From Cypionkella sp. (GTDB lineage: Bacteria > Pseudomonadota > Alphaproteobacteria > Rhodobacterales > Rhodobacteraceae): a stretch of DNA of 64,000 bases. The notes beneath the pieces are model-generated. The model made no database searches. It worked only from the letters and a program-made list of their open reading frames with translations, and was not told where the DNA came from. Positions 56,573-64,000 of the stretch are shown one piece after another. The stretch is from assembly GCF_023255415.1 (NCBI RefSeq), contig NZ_JALRIN010000010.1, one strand, 5' to 3'. Position 1 is the stretch's first letter. Each line of letters opens with the position of its first letter. The translations under genes were made by a program, and so were the position numbers.

Positions 56573-57549
56573 TCGTCTTTGCAGACCGCGCTCCGATCAG
56601 CCGCGCTGATGGCGTTGAAACCCAGCATCTTTCGGTGGCGGGGGGCCTGCGCCAATTTGGCGCCTATGTCGAAACCTTGGCCAAGGGCGCCTGGTCGTCC
56701 AACCGCCATTGGCACGAGGCCGAGGACGAATTTCTGTTCGTCTTGGATGGCACCGCCACTTTGCATGACGACAACGGCCTGACCGATCTGACCCCGGGTG
56801 ATGCCATCACCTGGCGGCAAGGCGAGCCCAACGCCCACCATATCACCAACCGCTTTGACGCGCCGCTGCGCTATCTGATCGTGGGCGCGCGCGCAGGCTT
56901 TGACACCTGCCACTATCCTGACAGCGGCAATCGGCTGCAAACCGGCCCCAGCCGCTGGCAGCTGTTTGACGGCAGCGGCACGCTGCTGCGCGCCGGCGAT
57001 AACCCGCCCGAGCTGTGCAATCTGCCGCCGGCTTGGGGCTTTGCCTATGATGGCAGCCGCCTGCCGCAGATCCATCGCGCCAAAGGCCGCGCTTGGGTAT
57101 TGGAAGACGCCTATCGCCACCCGATCCTTGGTGGCGGCCTTGGCCCCTATCTGCATTGTGTCTTGGGTGACGCGGGCGGCCTGTCGCAATTTGGCGCGCA
57201 TCTTGAACGCCTGCCCGCAGGCTCTGGTTCAAGCTTTCGGCATTGGCACGAGGCCGAGGATGAAATGCTGCTGCTGCTTGCGGGCACCCCCACCCTGATC
57301 GAAAACCAAGAGACTGTGCTGGCTCCGGGTGCTGTGCTGTGCTGGCCCGCAGGCAGCCCAATTGGCCACCGGCTGGAAAATCGCGGGCAGACCGAGGCGC
57401 TTTATCTGACGCTTGGAACGCGGCTTGAGCGCGATGTCATCCACTATCCCGATCATGATCTTATCACCCAAAAAGACGGCGCTTTGCGTCACTATCTTCA
57501 TGCCGATGGCAGGCCATGGGCAACGCAAACCCCGCACCAACCTGCTTGA
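56569..57549 (+). CDS. Bicupin protein (two cupin modules paralogous to 56102..56572)
   Basis: 326 aa. ATGA coupling. RHWHEAEDEF and FRHWHEAEDEM motifs, each followed by the G-x5-P-x-G...H...N motif. Confidence 0.75.
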   Translation: MIVFADRAPISRADGVETQHLSVAGGLRQFGAYVETLAKGAWSSNRHWHEAEDEFLFVLDGTATLHDDNGLTDLTPGDAITWRQGEPNAHHITNRFDAPLRYLIVGARAGFDTCHYPDSGNRLQTGPSRWQLFDGSGTLLRAGDNPPELCNLPPAWGFAYDGSRLPQIHRAKGRAWVLEDAYRHPILGGGLGPYLHCVLGDAGGLSQFGAHLERLPAGSGSSFRHWHEAEDEMLLLLAGTPTLIENQETVLAPGAVLCWPAGSPIGHRLENRGQTEALYLTLGTRLERDVIHYPDHDLITQKDGALRHYLHADGRPWATQTPHQPA

Positions 57550-57574
57550 AGCCCTTCGTTAAAGGAACCGCGCG

Positions 57575-59758
57575 ATGACCGATTTCACCTATGCTATGGA
57601 CGCCGACGGCGTTGTCACCCTGACCTGGGATGTTGTCTCCAAGTCAATGAATGTGATGTCGACCGCCAGCTTTTTGCAGCTGTCACAGTTGGTTGACCGC
57701 GCCTTGGCCGACCCACAAGCCCGCGGCATCATCATCACCTCGGGCAAAAAGGATTTCGCCGGCGGCATGGATCTGAACGTCATCGCCGAGATGCGCGCAG
57801 GCGGGGCTGCGGCGATTTTCGACGGCGTGATGGGGATGCACGGGGTGCTGCGCAAAATTGAACGCGCGGGGATGGACCCAAAGACCCTCAAAGGCGGCAA
57901 GCCGATTGTCGCAGCCCTGCCGGGCACAGCGCTTGGCATCGGGCTCGAGCTGCCACTGGCCTGCCACCGCATCATCGCCGCCGATAACCCCCGCGCCAAA
58001 ATCGGCCTGCCCGAAATCATGGTTGGCATCTTTCCGGGCGCAGGCGGCACCACCCGGCTTGCGCGCAAATTGGGCGCGATGATGGCCGCCCCCTATCTGC
58101 TGGAAGGCAAGCTCTCTGATCCAAAGGCCGCCCGCGCTGCCGGCCTGATCGACGAAGTCGTCGCACCCGAAGACCTGCTTGCCCGCGCCAAGGCCTGGGT
58201 TCTGGCCGCCACCGACGCCGATCTGGTGAAACCATGGGACGCCAAGGGCTATAAAATGCCCGGCGGCGCGCCCTATCACCCCGCAGGCTTTATGACCTTT
58301 GTTGGCGCCTCGGCAATGGTGCTGGGCAAAACCATGGGCGTCTACCCCGCCGCTCGCGCCCTGCTTGCCGCCGTCTACGAAGGCGCGCTGGTGCCCTTTG
58401 ACACCGCACTTAAGATCGAGGCCCGCCAGTTCACCTCTGTGCTGATGAACCCCTCGTCTTCGGCGATGATCCGCAGCCTCTTCATCAACAAAGAGGCGCT
58501 GGAAAAAGGCGCGAACCGCCCGGCTGTCACCGATCAAACGGTGCAAAAACTGGGGGTGATCGGCGCAGGCATGATGGGGGCTGGGATCGCCTATGTTGCG
58601 GCCAATGCGGGCATTTCTGTGTTACTGATCGACGCCGATCAAGCTGCCGCCGACCGTGGCCGTGCACATTCGGAAGCCCTGCTCGACAAAGGCATCGCAA
58701 GACGCAAAGTCACCCCCGAGAAAAAGGCAGAGGTGCTGGCACGCATCACCGCCACCACCGATTACGCGGCCCTTGCCGGCTGCGATCTGATCATCGAAGC
58801 GGTGTTTGAAGACCCCAAGATCAAAGCCGAGGTCACCGCCCGCGTCGAAGCCGCCGTTGGCCCCGACTGCATCTATGCCTCCAACACCTCCACCCTGCCG
58901 ATCTCGATGCTGGCAAAGGCCAGCCAGCGCCCGGATCAGTTCATCGGCATCCATTTCTTCAGCCCCGTCGACAAAATGAACTTGGTCGAGATCATCAAGG
59001 GCGCCCAAACCGGCGACCGCGCCGTGGCCAAGGCGCTGGACTTCGTCCGCGCCATCCGCAAAACCCCCATCGTGGTCAATGACGCGCGCTTTTTCTACGC
59101 CAACCGCTGCATCATCCCCTATCTGAACGAAGGCATGCGGATGCTGGCCGAAGGCGTTGAACCCGCGCTGATCGAAAACGCCGCCAAATTGGTCGGTATG
59201 CCGCTTGGCCCGCTGCAATTGGTCGATGAAACCTCGATTGATCTTGGCGTCAAAATCGCCAAAGCCACCCGCGCCGCGATGGGCGAGGCCTATCCAGACA
59301 GCGCCGTCGACGCGGTTTTGTTCTGGATGGCAGATCAAGGCCGTCTGGGTAAAAAATCTAACGCAGGCTTTTACGCCTATGACGCGGCCGGCAAACGCGA
59401 AGGCCTCTGGCAGGGTCTGGCGGAGCAGTTCCCGCATCAGCCCGATGCAGATCTTGCCACTGTGCAGCACCGCCTGCTGATGGCTCAGGTGCTCGAAGCC
59501 GTGCGCGCCCTCGAAGACGGCGTTCTGACCGACATCCGCGAAGGCGATGTCGGCGCAATCCTCGGCTGGGGCTTTGCACCTTGGTCCGGCGGCCCGTTCA
59601 GCTGGCTCGACATCCTCGGCGCCGCCCGCGCGGTCGAGATCGGCGATGGTCTCACCTCCCGCTTTGGCCCCCGCTTCACCCCGCCAAAACTGCTGCGCGA
59701 CATGGCCGCCTCAGGCGAAAGCTTCTACAGCCGCTTTGCCAAAGACAAAGCCGCCTGA
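57575..59758 (+). CDS. Multifunctional fatty-acid oxidation enzyme (enoyl-CoA hydratase + 3-hydroxyacyl-CoA dehydrogenase, FadB/FadJ-like)
   Basis: 727 aa. N-terminal crotonase domain. Central NAD fold LGVIGAGMMGAGIA. Confidence 0.9.
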   Translation: MTDFTYAMDADGVVTLTWDVVSKSMNVMSTASFLQLSQLVDRALADPQARGIIITSGKKDFAGGMDLNVIAEMRAGGAAAIFDGVMGMHGVLRKIERAGMDPKTLKGGKPIVAALPGTALGIGLELPLACHRIIAADNPRAKIGLPEIMVGIFPGAGGTTRLARKLGAMMAAPYLLEGKLSDPKAARAAGLIDEVVAPEDLLARAKAWVLAATDADLVKPWDAKGYKMPGGAPYHPAGFMTFVGASAMVLGKTMGVYPAARALLAAVYEGALVPFDTALKIEARQFTSVLMNPSSSAMIRSLFINKEALEKGANRPAVTDQTVQKLGVIGAGMMGAGIAYVAANAGISVLLIDADQAAADRGRAHSEALLDKGIARRKVTPEKKAEVLARITATTDYAALAGCDLIIEAVFEDPKIKAEVTARVEAAVGPDCIYASNTSTLPISMLAKASQRPDQFIGIHFFSPVDKMNLVEIIKGAQTGDRAVAKALDFVRAIRKTPIVVNDARFFYANRCIIPYLNEGMRMLAEGVEPALIENAAKLVGMPLGPLQLVDETSIDLGVKIAKATRAAMGEAYPDSAVDAVLFWMADQGRLGKKSNAGFYAYDAAGKREGLWQGLAEQFPHQPDADLATVQHRLLMAQVLEAVRALEDGVLTDIREGDVGAILGWGFAPWSGGPFSWLDILGAARAVEIGDGLTSRFGPRFTPPKLLRDMAASGESFYSRFAKDKAA

Positions 59759-59760
59759 GC

Positions 59761-59783
59761 CTTTCATCTTGGCATAAATATCC
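59761..59783 (+). repeat. Intergenic repeat copy H (core only, degenerate 3' part)
   Basis: CTTTCATCTTGGCATAAATATCC, starting 2 nt after the stop at 59756-59758. An imperfect GC hairpin follows at about 59805-59842. Confidence 0.8.
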
Positions 59784-59844
59784 AAAAACCGCCGCAAATC
59801 TCAAGCGCCCCGCCGCAAAACCACTCCAACCGTGGCGGGCGCGC

Positions 59845-60498
59845 CTAGACCTCGAACAAGTAACCAAAGCGCGCGATATCTGCCGCACAAAGCTTGGCAA
59901 TCAGATCAGCATCGGCGTCACTGTAAAATCCGCGCCAATCACGGGCCCGATCCGAGGCGTTTTCCCGCGCCAAAGGCGTCAACCGAAAGCCCAGATGCGC
60001 CTCAAAGGGCGCAAGATCCGCCTCCAGATGCTCAAGCCGCGCGTAAAGACTGGCGTGCTCCACCCCCGCGCCATCGCGCATATAGGCACCGTAGGGCCAA
60101 AGACGCAGCGCGGTCTGCGTTGTCTCATGACGCAAAAACCCACTGAAATCCAAGGCCTTGGCCAAAGCCACCGCCGGATGGGCAAAGCTTTGCGCCTGCA
60201 GCCAATGATAATAGCTGACCATGCGGTCCCAAGGGTTGCGCACCAAAGTCACGGTATAGAAAGCTTCGATCTCGGCCGCCGTCACCAGCCCCTCGATATC
60301 GGCCAAGCGCGCGTGTTTCCATAGCCGCCCAGCCGAGGACACCCCCCGCAGCCGCGCCTTGCGAGCCTGCGCCTTGGGGGTGTCACCGATCAGAATATCC
60401 TCTTTCATCGCCCGCTTTTCCAGTGCCAAGCTCAGCGCAGTGCCGCCGGTTTTCGGGATATGCACAAAGATGAAACGTCGCCCGCGCGAGATGATCAT
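59845..60498 (-). CDS. Sulfotransferase family 2 protein
   Basis: 217 aa. N-terminal PAPS-binding loop FVHIPKTGGT. Confidence 0.75.
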   Translation of the reverse strand: MIISRGRRFIFVHIPKTGGTALSLALEKRAMKEDILIGDTPKAQARKARLRGVSSAGRLWKHARLADIEGLVTAAEIEAFYTVTLVRNPWDRMVSYYHWLQAQSFAHPAVALAKALDFSGFLRHETTQTALRLWPYGAYMRDGAGVEHASLYARLEHLEADLAPFEAHLGFRLTPLARENASDRARDWRGFYSDADADLIAKLCAADIARFGYLFEV

Positions 60499-60513
60499 CG
60501 CCGCACGTCGCGC

Positions 60514-61458
60514 CTAGACGGCATTGGGCAGCGCGGCGCCCTCCAGATGCGCGATCAGGTTTTGTAGCGCCATCATCCCCATATCGACCCGCACCTTCTC
60601 GACTGCCGTGCCCAGATGCGGCAGCAGCGTGACGTTTTGCATCTGCAGCAGCGCGGGCGAGATTTGCGGCTCGCGCTCGTAAACATCCAGCCCCGCGCCT
60701 GCGATCTTGCCCGCGGCCAGATGCGCCACCAGCGCCGACTCTTCAATCACATCGCCGCGCGCAATATTGATCAAGATCGCATGCGGCTGCATCAGTGCCA
60801 GCGTTTCTGCATTGATCAAATGTCGCGTTGCAGGCCCACCCGGCACCGCAATCACCACGAAATCGGCCTGCAAAACCTGATCCAGCGGCAGTTGCCGCGC
60901 AGGCAGCCCAGCTTCGGTCTGCGAGCGGTTGTGATAGATCACCTCCATGCCAAAACCATAGTGGCAGCGCCGCGCAATTGCCTTGCCAATCCGCCCCATG
61001 CCGATGATGCCCACGGTCTTGCCGCTGACCATCGCGCCTAGAAACTGCGTCGGATGCCAGCCCTGCCATTGGCCCGCCCGCACCAAACGCTCGCCCTCGC
61101 CTGCCCGCCGCGCGGTCATCAGCATCAGCGTCAGCGCCACATCTGCGGTGGCTTCGGTGACAGCACCGGGCGTATTGGTCACTGCAATGCCGGCCGCGCG
61201 CGCAGCTGCGACATCGATATGGTTATAGCCCACACCAAAATTCGCCAAAAGCTTGGCGCGCGGCGTGACATCGGCAAAGACCTGCGCCGAGAACAGATCG
61301 CCCAAGGTTGGCAGCACCACGTCGTAATCGGTCAACGCACTGCGCAGCTCGGCATCCGACAAAGGCTGCGTGCTGGTGCGCGCGGTCACCTCAAAGCGAG
61401 CGGCGGCGGCCTGCATGACTTGCTCCGGCAGCGGCCGTGTGATCAACAAACGCATCAA
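60514..61458 (-). CDS. D-2-hydroxyacid dehydrogenase (glyoxylate/hydroxypyruvate reductase-like)
   Basis: 314 aa. NAD fold GIIGMGRIG. Catalytic R...E...H pattern (NIARG, LPHLG). Confidence 0.85.
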   Translation of the reverse strand: MMRLLITRPLPEQVMQAAAARFEVTARTSTQPLSDAELRSALTDYDVVLPTLGDLFSAQVFADVTPRAKLLANFGVGYNHIDVAAARAAGIAVTNTPGAVTEATADVALTLMLMTARRAGEGERLVRAGQWQGWHPTQFLGAMVSGKTVGIIGMGRIGKAIARRCHYGFGMEVIYHNRSQTEAGLPARQLPLDQVLQADFVVIAVPGGPATRHLINAETLALMQPHAILINIARGDVIEESALVAHLAAGKIAGAGLDVYEREPQISPALLQMQNVTLLPHLGTAVEKVRVDMGMMALQNLIAHLEGAALPNAV

Positions 61459-61787
61459 AACATCCTTCCGCCCAAGGGCACTTGTTGCGAGGGGGCGATC
61501 AGCACCACCTCTCCATCTTCATCTGGCACCCCAAGCACCAGCACTTCTGACATCACCGGCCCAATCTGGCGCGGCGGAAAGTTCACCACCGCCAGAACCT
61601 GCCGCCCGATCAGCGCCTCGATCGTATAATGTTTGGTGATCTGGGCCGAGGATCTTTTCTCGCCAATCTCGGGCCCAAAATCGATCCAAAGCCGAAAGGC
61701 GGGCTTGCGGGCTTGCGGAAAAGTCTCGGCCCGCGTGATCCGGCCCACACGAATATCGACCTTTTCAAAATCGGCGTAGCTGATCAT
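61455..61787 (-). CDS. csaA: tRNA-binding (EMAP/CsaA-type) protein
   Basis: 110 aa. FEKVDIRVGRI...VVNFPPRQIG is typical of CsaA. Confidence 0.8.
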   Translation of the reverse strand: MISYADFEKVDIRVGRITRAETFPQARKPAFRLWIDFGPEIGEKRSSAQITKHYTIEALIGRQVLAVVNFPPRQIGPVMSEVLVLGVPDEDGEVVLIAPSQQVPLGGRMF

Positions 61788-62596
61788 TTGCCCAGCTCCC
61801 GGCCGCGTTCGGTGGCGGCGGCAACCGCGCGGGTCAGCAGCGGGCCAAAGCCGGTCTCTGCATCCATCAACACCGCCAGCGCCGCAGCCGTAGTGCCGCC
61901 GGGCGAGGTGACATTGATCCGCAACTGGCTGGCAGGTTCGGCCGACTGATAGGCCAATTCCCCCGCGCCACAGACCGTGGCCCGCGCCAATTGCATCGCG
62001 ACCTCGGCCGAAAGCCCCTGCGCCTGCCCCGCCGCCGCCATCGCTTCGATCAGATGAAACACATAGGCCGGCCCCGAACCAGACACGCCGGTCACCGCAT
62101 CAATCTGATGCTCGCCCTCCAGCTCGACCACCTGGCCCACCGCCTGCATCAAGCTGCGCGCCAGCGCCAAACCCTCGGCCCCGGCAAATTCATTGGCGCA
62201 AATGCCGGTGATGCCGCGCCCCACCATCGCAGGCGTGTTCGGCATCGTGCGCACAATCGGCGTTTGCGCGCCCAAGGCTTCGGCAAAAGTCGCAATCGAA
62301 GTGCCCGCCGCAATCGAGACAAACAGCGTCTTACCGTTGCCAAGCGCCTGCAAAGCCGGCAGCGCCGCCCCCATCATCTGCGGCTTGACCGCCAAAAGCG
62401 CCACCGCAGGTGCAGCGGGCAGGCCCTTGTTCAGATGCACGCCGCTTGCTTGCAACCAGTCCGAGGGATGCGGCTCGATCACCCAAACGCTTTGCGCAGG
62501 CACCCCAGCCGCCAGCCATCCCGTCAGCAGCGCCGTCCCCATCTTGCCGCAGCCAAGCAAAACCAGCCCATCGCGGGCCACCAGATCAAGTGTCAT
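61784..62596 (-). CDS. proC: Pyrroline-5-carboxylate reductase
   Basis: 270 aa. N-terminal LLGCGKMG Rossmann fold. C-terminal VTSPGGTT motif. Confidence 0.9.
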   Translation of the reverse strand: MTLDLVARDGLVLLGCGKMGTALLTGWLAAGVPAQSVWVIEPHPSDWLQASGVHLNKGLPAAPAVALLAVKPQMMGAALPALQALGNGKTLFVSIAAGTSIATFAEALGAQTPIVRTMPNTPAMVGRGITGICANEFAGAEGLALARSLMQAVGQVVELEGEHQIDAVTGVSGSGPAYVFHLIEAMAAAGQAQGLSAEVAMQLARATVCGAGELAYQSAEPASQLRINVTSPGGTTAAALAVLMDAETGFGPLLTRAVAAATERGRELGK

Positions 62597-62620
62597 CGCA
62601 AACTCCCTTTTCTGGGCAGG

Positions 62621-63136
62621 TTAGGCGCGCCCGTAGGCCTCTGCAATAGCCACGCGCATTGCCTCGGCCGGGGTCTTGTCGGCCCAAGCCACCAGCTGAA
62701 ACGCCGGATAAAACCGCTCGGCAGCTGTGACCGCGGCGGCGATCATGCGATCAATCTGCTCGGAGCCTGCGATTTGCCCGCCCGCAAGACATAAGCCATA
62801 GCGCCAAACCATCAGCTTTTGCTCGCTCCAATAGGTAAAAGCGCCGGTCCAAACCATGTCATTGCAGCGGTTCAGCACATCATAAAGCGCGCCCATTTTT
62901 TCAAGCGGCGGCTCCATTTCAAAGGTGCAAATCAGCCGCAACGTCTCGTCTTGTTCCGACCAGGCCAGCGTCAGCGAATAGGTGCGCCACTGGCCTTCCA
63001 CCGCCATTGCGATCTGATCATCGGTGACACGGTCAAATTCCCAAGCATTGTGCGCGGCCAAATTCTCGACAATATCGATCGGATGGGTGTCATCCCCCAG
63101 CAAGTAATCATCGGAAAGCGACATGCTCGACCTCAC
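62621..63136 (-). CDS. YbjN-domain (putative sensory transduction / T3SS-chaperone-like) protein
   Basis: 171 aa. Pattern resembles YbjN family as I remember it. Confidence 0.65.
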   Translation of the reverse strand: MRSSMSLSDDYLLGDDTHPIDIVENLAAHNAWEFDRVTDDQIAMAVEGQWRTYSLTLAWSEQDETLRLICTFEMEPPLEKMGALYDVLNRCNDMVWTGAFTYWSEQKLMVWRYGLCLAGGQIAGSEQIDRMIAAAVTAAERFYPAFQLVAWADKTPAEAMRVAIAEAYGRA

Positions 63137-63484
63137 TATTGTGGCCTTGTCATGGCAATAACCACTAAAGGCAGGTCGCCCAGCAAATTGCAGTGAAGCA
63201 AGGCGTAACCCTTACTAGATATGGTGTGGCCAAAGCGAAACCCTGTAAAGTGTTTTCTGCGGAAAACTTCTGTGGACAAAGTTCTGAGAGCGGCAGCTTA
63301 CGCCCTGTAGGCGCAGTTTGCCGCAACTCGTCTTTTCGTCAGCTTAACAAATCGCACAAAAAATAATCACATAGACTGAATTTTAAACAATCACACCTTT
63401 CAGACCTAAGTTCAGCTCAGCCAAGCGCTGCGCTCTGTTCCGCCCTTGGCGCGGCGGTGGTTATCTGGCCACAGAGGAGCCCCC

Positions 63485-64000
63485 ATGCTTGCAGCCCCCG
63501 CTGATTTTTCGATGCAACGCGCGCATGGTCGCGCTTTTGTCGCCTTTGCGGCGGGCAATCGGCTGGCCGATCTGGCGCAGCGTGGGTCGGCCAAGGCGAT
63601 GTTGCCGCGGGTTTCGGGCGGGCCAGAGGTGGTGTTTTTGAACACATCCGGCGGGCTGACAGATGGCGATAGGCTGGGCTATCATCTTGAGATCGCAACA
63701 GATTGCCAAATCGTAGCCACCACACAAACCGCCGAGCGTGCCTATGCCTCGCGCGGGGCAGCAGCCCATGCCGAGGTCAGCGCGCAGGTAGCCCATGGCG
63801 CGCGGCTGGATTGGCTGCCGCAGGAAACGATCTTGTTTGAAGACAGCCACCTGCAGCGCGCAACTACGATCCATCTGGCAGGCGATGCCGCTTGTTTGCT
63901 GGTCGAAAGCGTGGTGCTGGGCCGCCATGCGATGGGCGAAAGCCTGCAGCGTGCACGGCTGACCGACCGGCGCTTGGTGACGCGCGATGGTCGCCCGATC
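63485..64000 (+). CDS. ureD: Urease accessory protein UreD (5' part; continues beyond window)
   Basis: Not in the ORF track because no stop lies in the window. GAGGAG RBS before ATG 63485. Translation MLAAPADFSMQRAHGRAF...VVFLNTSGGLTDGDRL...DWLPQETILF matches UreD/UreH motifs. Confidence 0.7.
   Translation, partial: MLAAPADFSMQRAHGRAFVAFAAGNRLADLAQRGSAKAMLPRVSGGPEVVFLNTSGGLTDGDRLGYHLEIATDCQIVATTQTAERAYASRGAAAHAEVSAQVAHGARLDWLPQETILFEDSHLQRATTIHLAGDAACLLVESVVLGRHAMGESLQRARLTDRRLVTRDGRPI

Noticed and set aside
57589-59470. Several 150-290-aa minus-strand ORFs opposite the FadB-like gene
   Set aside because: Shadow ORFs with low-complexity Gly/Arg/Ala-rich translations. The plus-strand 727-aa protein is clearly real.
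60440-60476. Resemblance of the sulfotransferase 5' coding region (CCGG..GGGATATGCACAAAGATGAAAC) to the repeat core; a similar case is at 56379-56404 in the cupin gene (CTTTCCCGCAAATATCCCCAACGGG)
   Set aside because: Both segments encode strongly conserved functional motifs (FVHIPKTGG PAPS loop; FPANIPNGHH cupin motif 2). With 10 repeat variants searched on two strands, short block matches of this kind are expected by chance. I kept it only as a note.
63309-63322. Sigma-54-like GG...GC element (AGGCGCAGTTTGCC) upstream of ureD
   Set aside because: The spacing between GG and GC is two nucleotides shorter than the TGGCAC-N5-TTGC consensus.
1-64000. CRISPR arrays, tRNA/rRNA genes, transposases, integrases, prophage genes
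   Set aside because: I looked for regular spacer-repeat periodicity, T-loop-like GGTTCGA motifs in intergenic DNA and typical mobile-gene products. None was found. A by-eye scan can miss divergent tRNAs, so tRNAscan and Infernal should confirm.

Overview
GC-rich bacterial chromosomal segment. Gene content and protein sequences look like a marine alphaproteobacterium, Rhodobacteraceae-like (inference only). I call about 65 protein-coding genes, nearly all in tight, often translationally coupled operons.

Main blocks:
- TctA/AtuA-like module
- dnaX-ybaB-recR
- peptide-type ABC importer with accessory hydrolases
- choline-sulfatase betC
- carnitine/gamma-butyrobetaine-type catabolic cluster (L-carnitine dehydrogenase-thioesterase fusion, BKACE, CdhR-like regulator, CoA-dependent branch)
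- dcp plus amino-acid ABC parts
- nifU-tsaB-rimI
- BMP-type nucleoside ABC importer plus purine nucleoside phosphorylase
- TauE, MATE
- fatty-acid beta-oxidation operon under two paralogous MerR regulators
- csaA-proC
- start of ureD

I did not recognise any rRNA, tRNA, CRISPR array, transposase or integrase.

Observations most worth follow-up:
1. A roughly 30-nt AT-rich repeat core with GC hairpin modules, present 10 times. All copies are intergenic. All six solo copies start 2-12 nt after a stop codon in one fixed orientation. Two loci carry inverted pairs.
2. One hairpin module of that repeat is embedded in frame inside a CDS.
3. A tandem-hairpin guanidine-II (mini-ykkC) riboswitch lies in front of sugE/gdx.
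4. A DOPA-dioxygenase-family gene is interrupted by a single in-frame TAA.
5. An AT-rich islet of about 0.9 kb carries one orphan ORF flanked by 11-bp direct repeats.
6. Three paralogous cupin modules and an unknown ORF are inserted in the beta-oxidation operon.

Functional calls come from motif and family recognition by eye. No searches were run.
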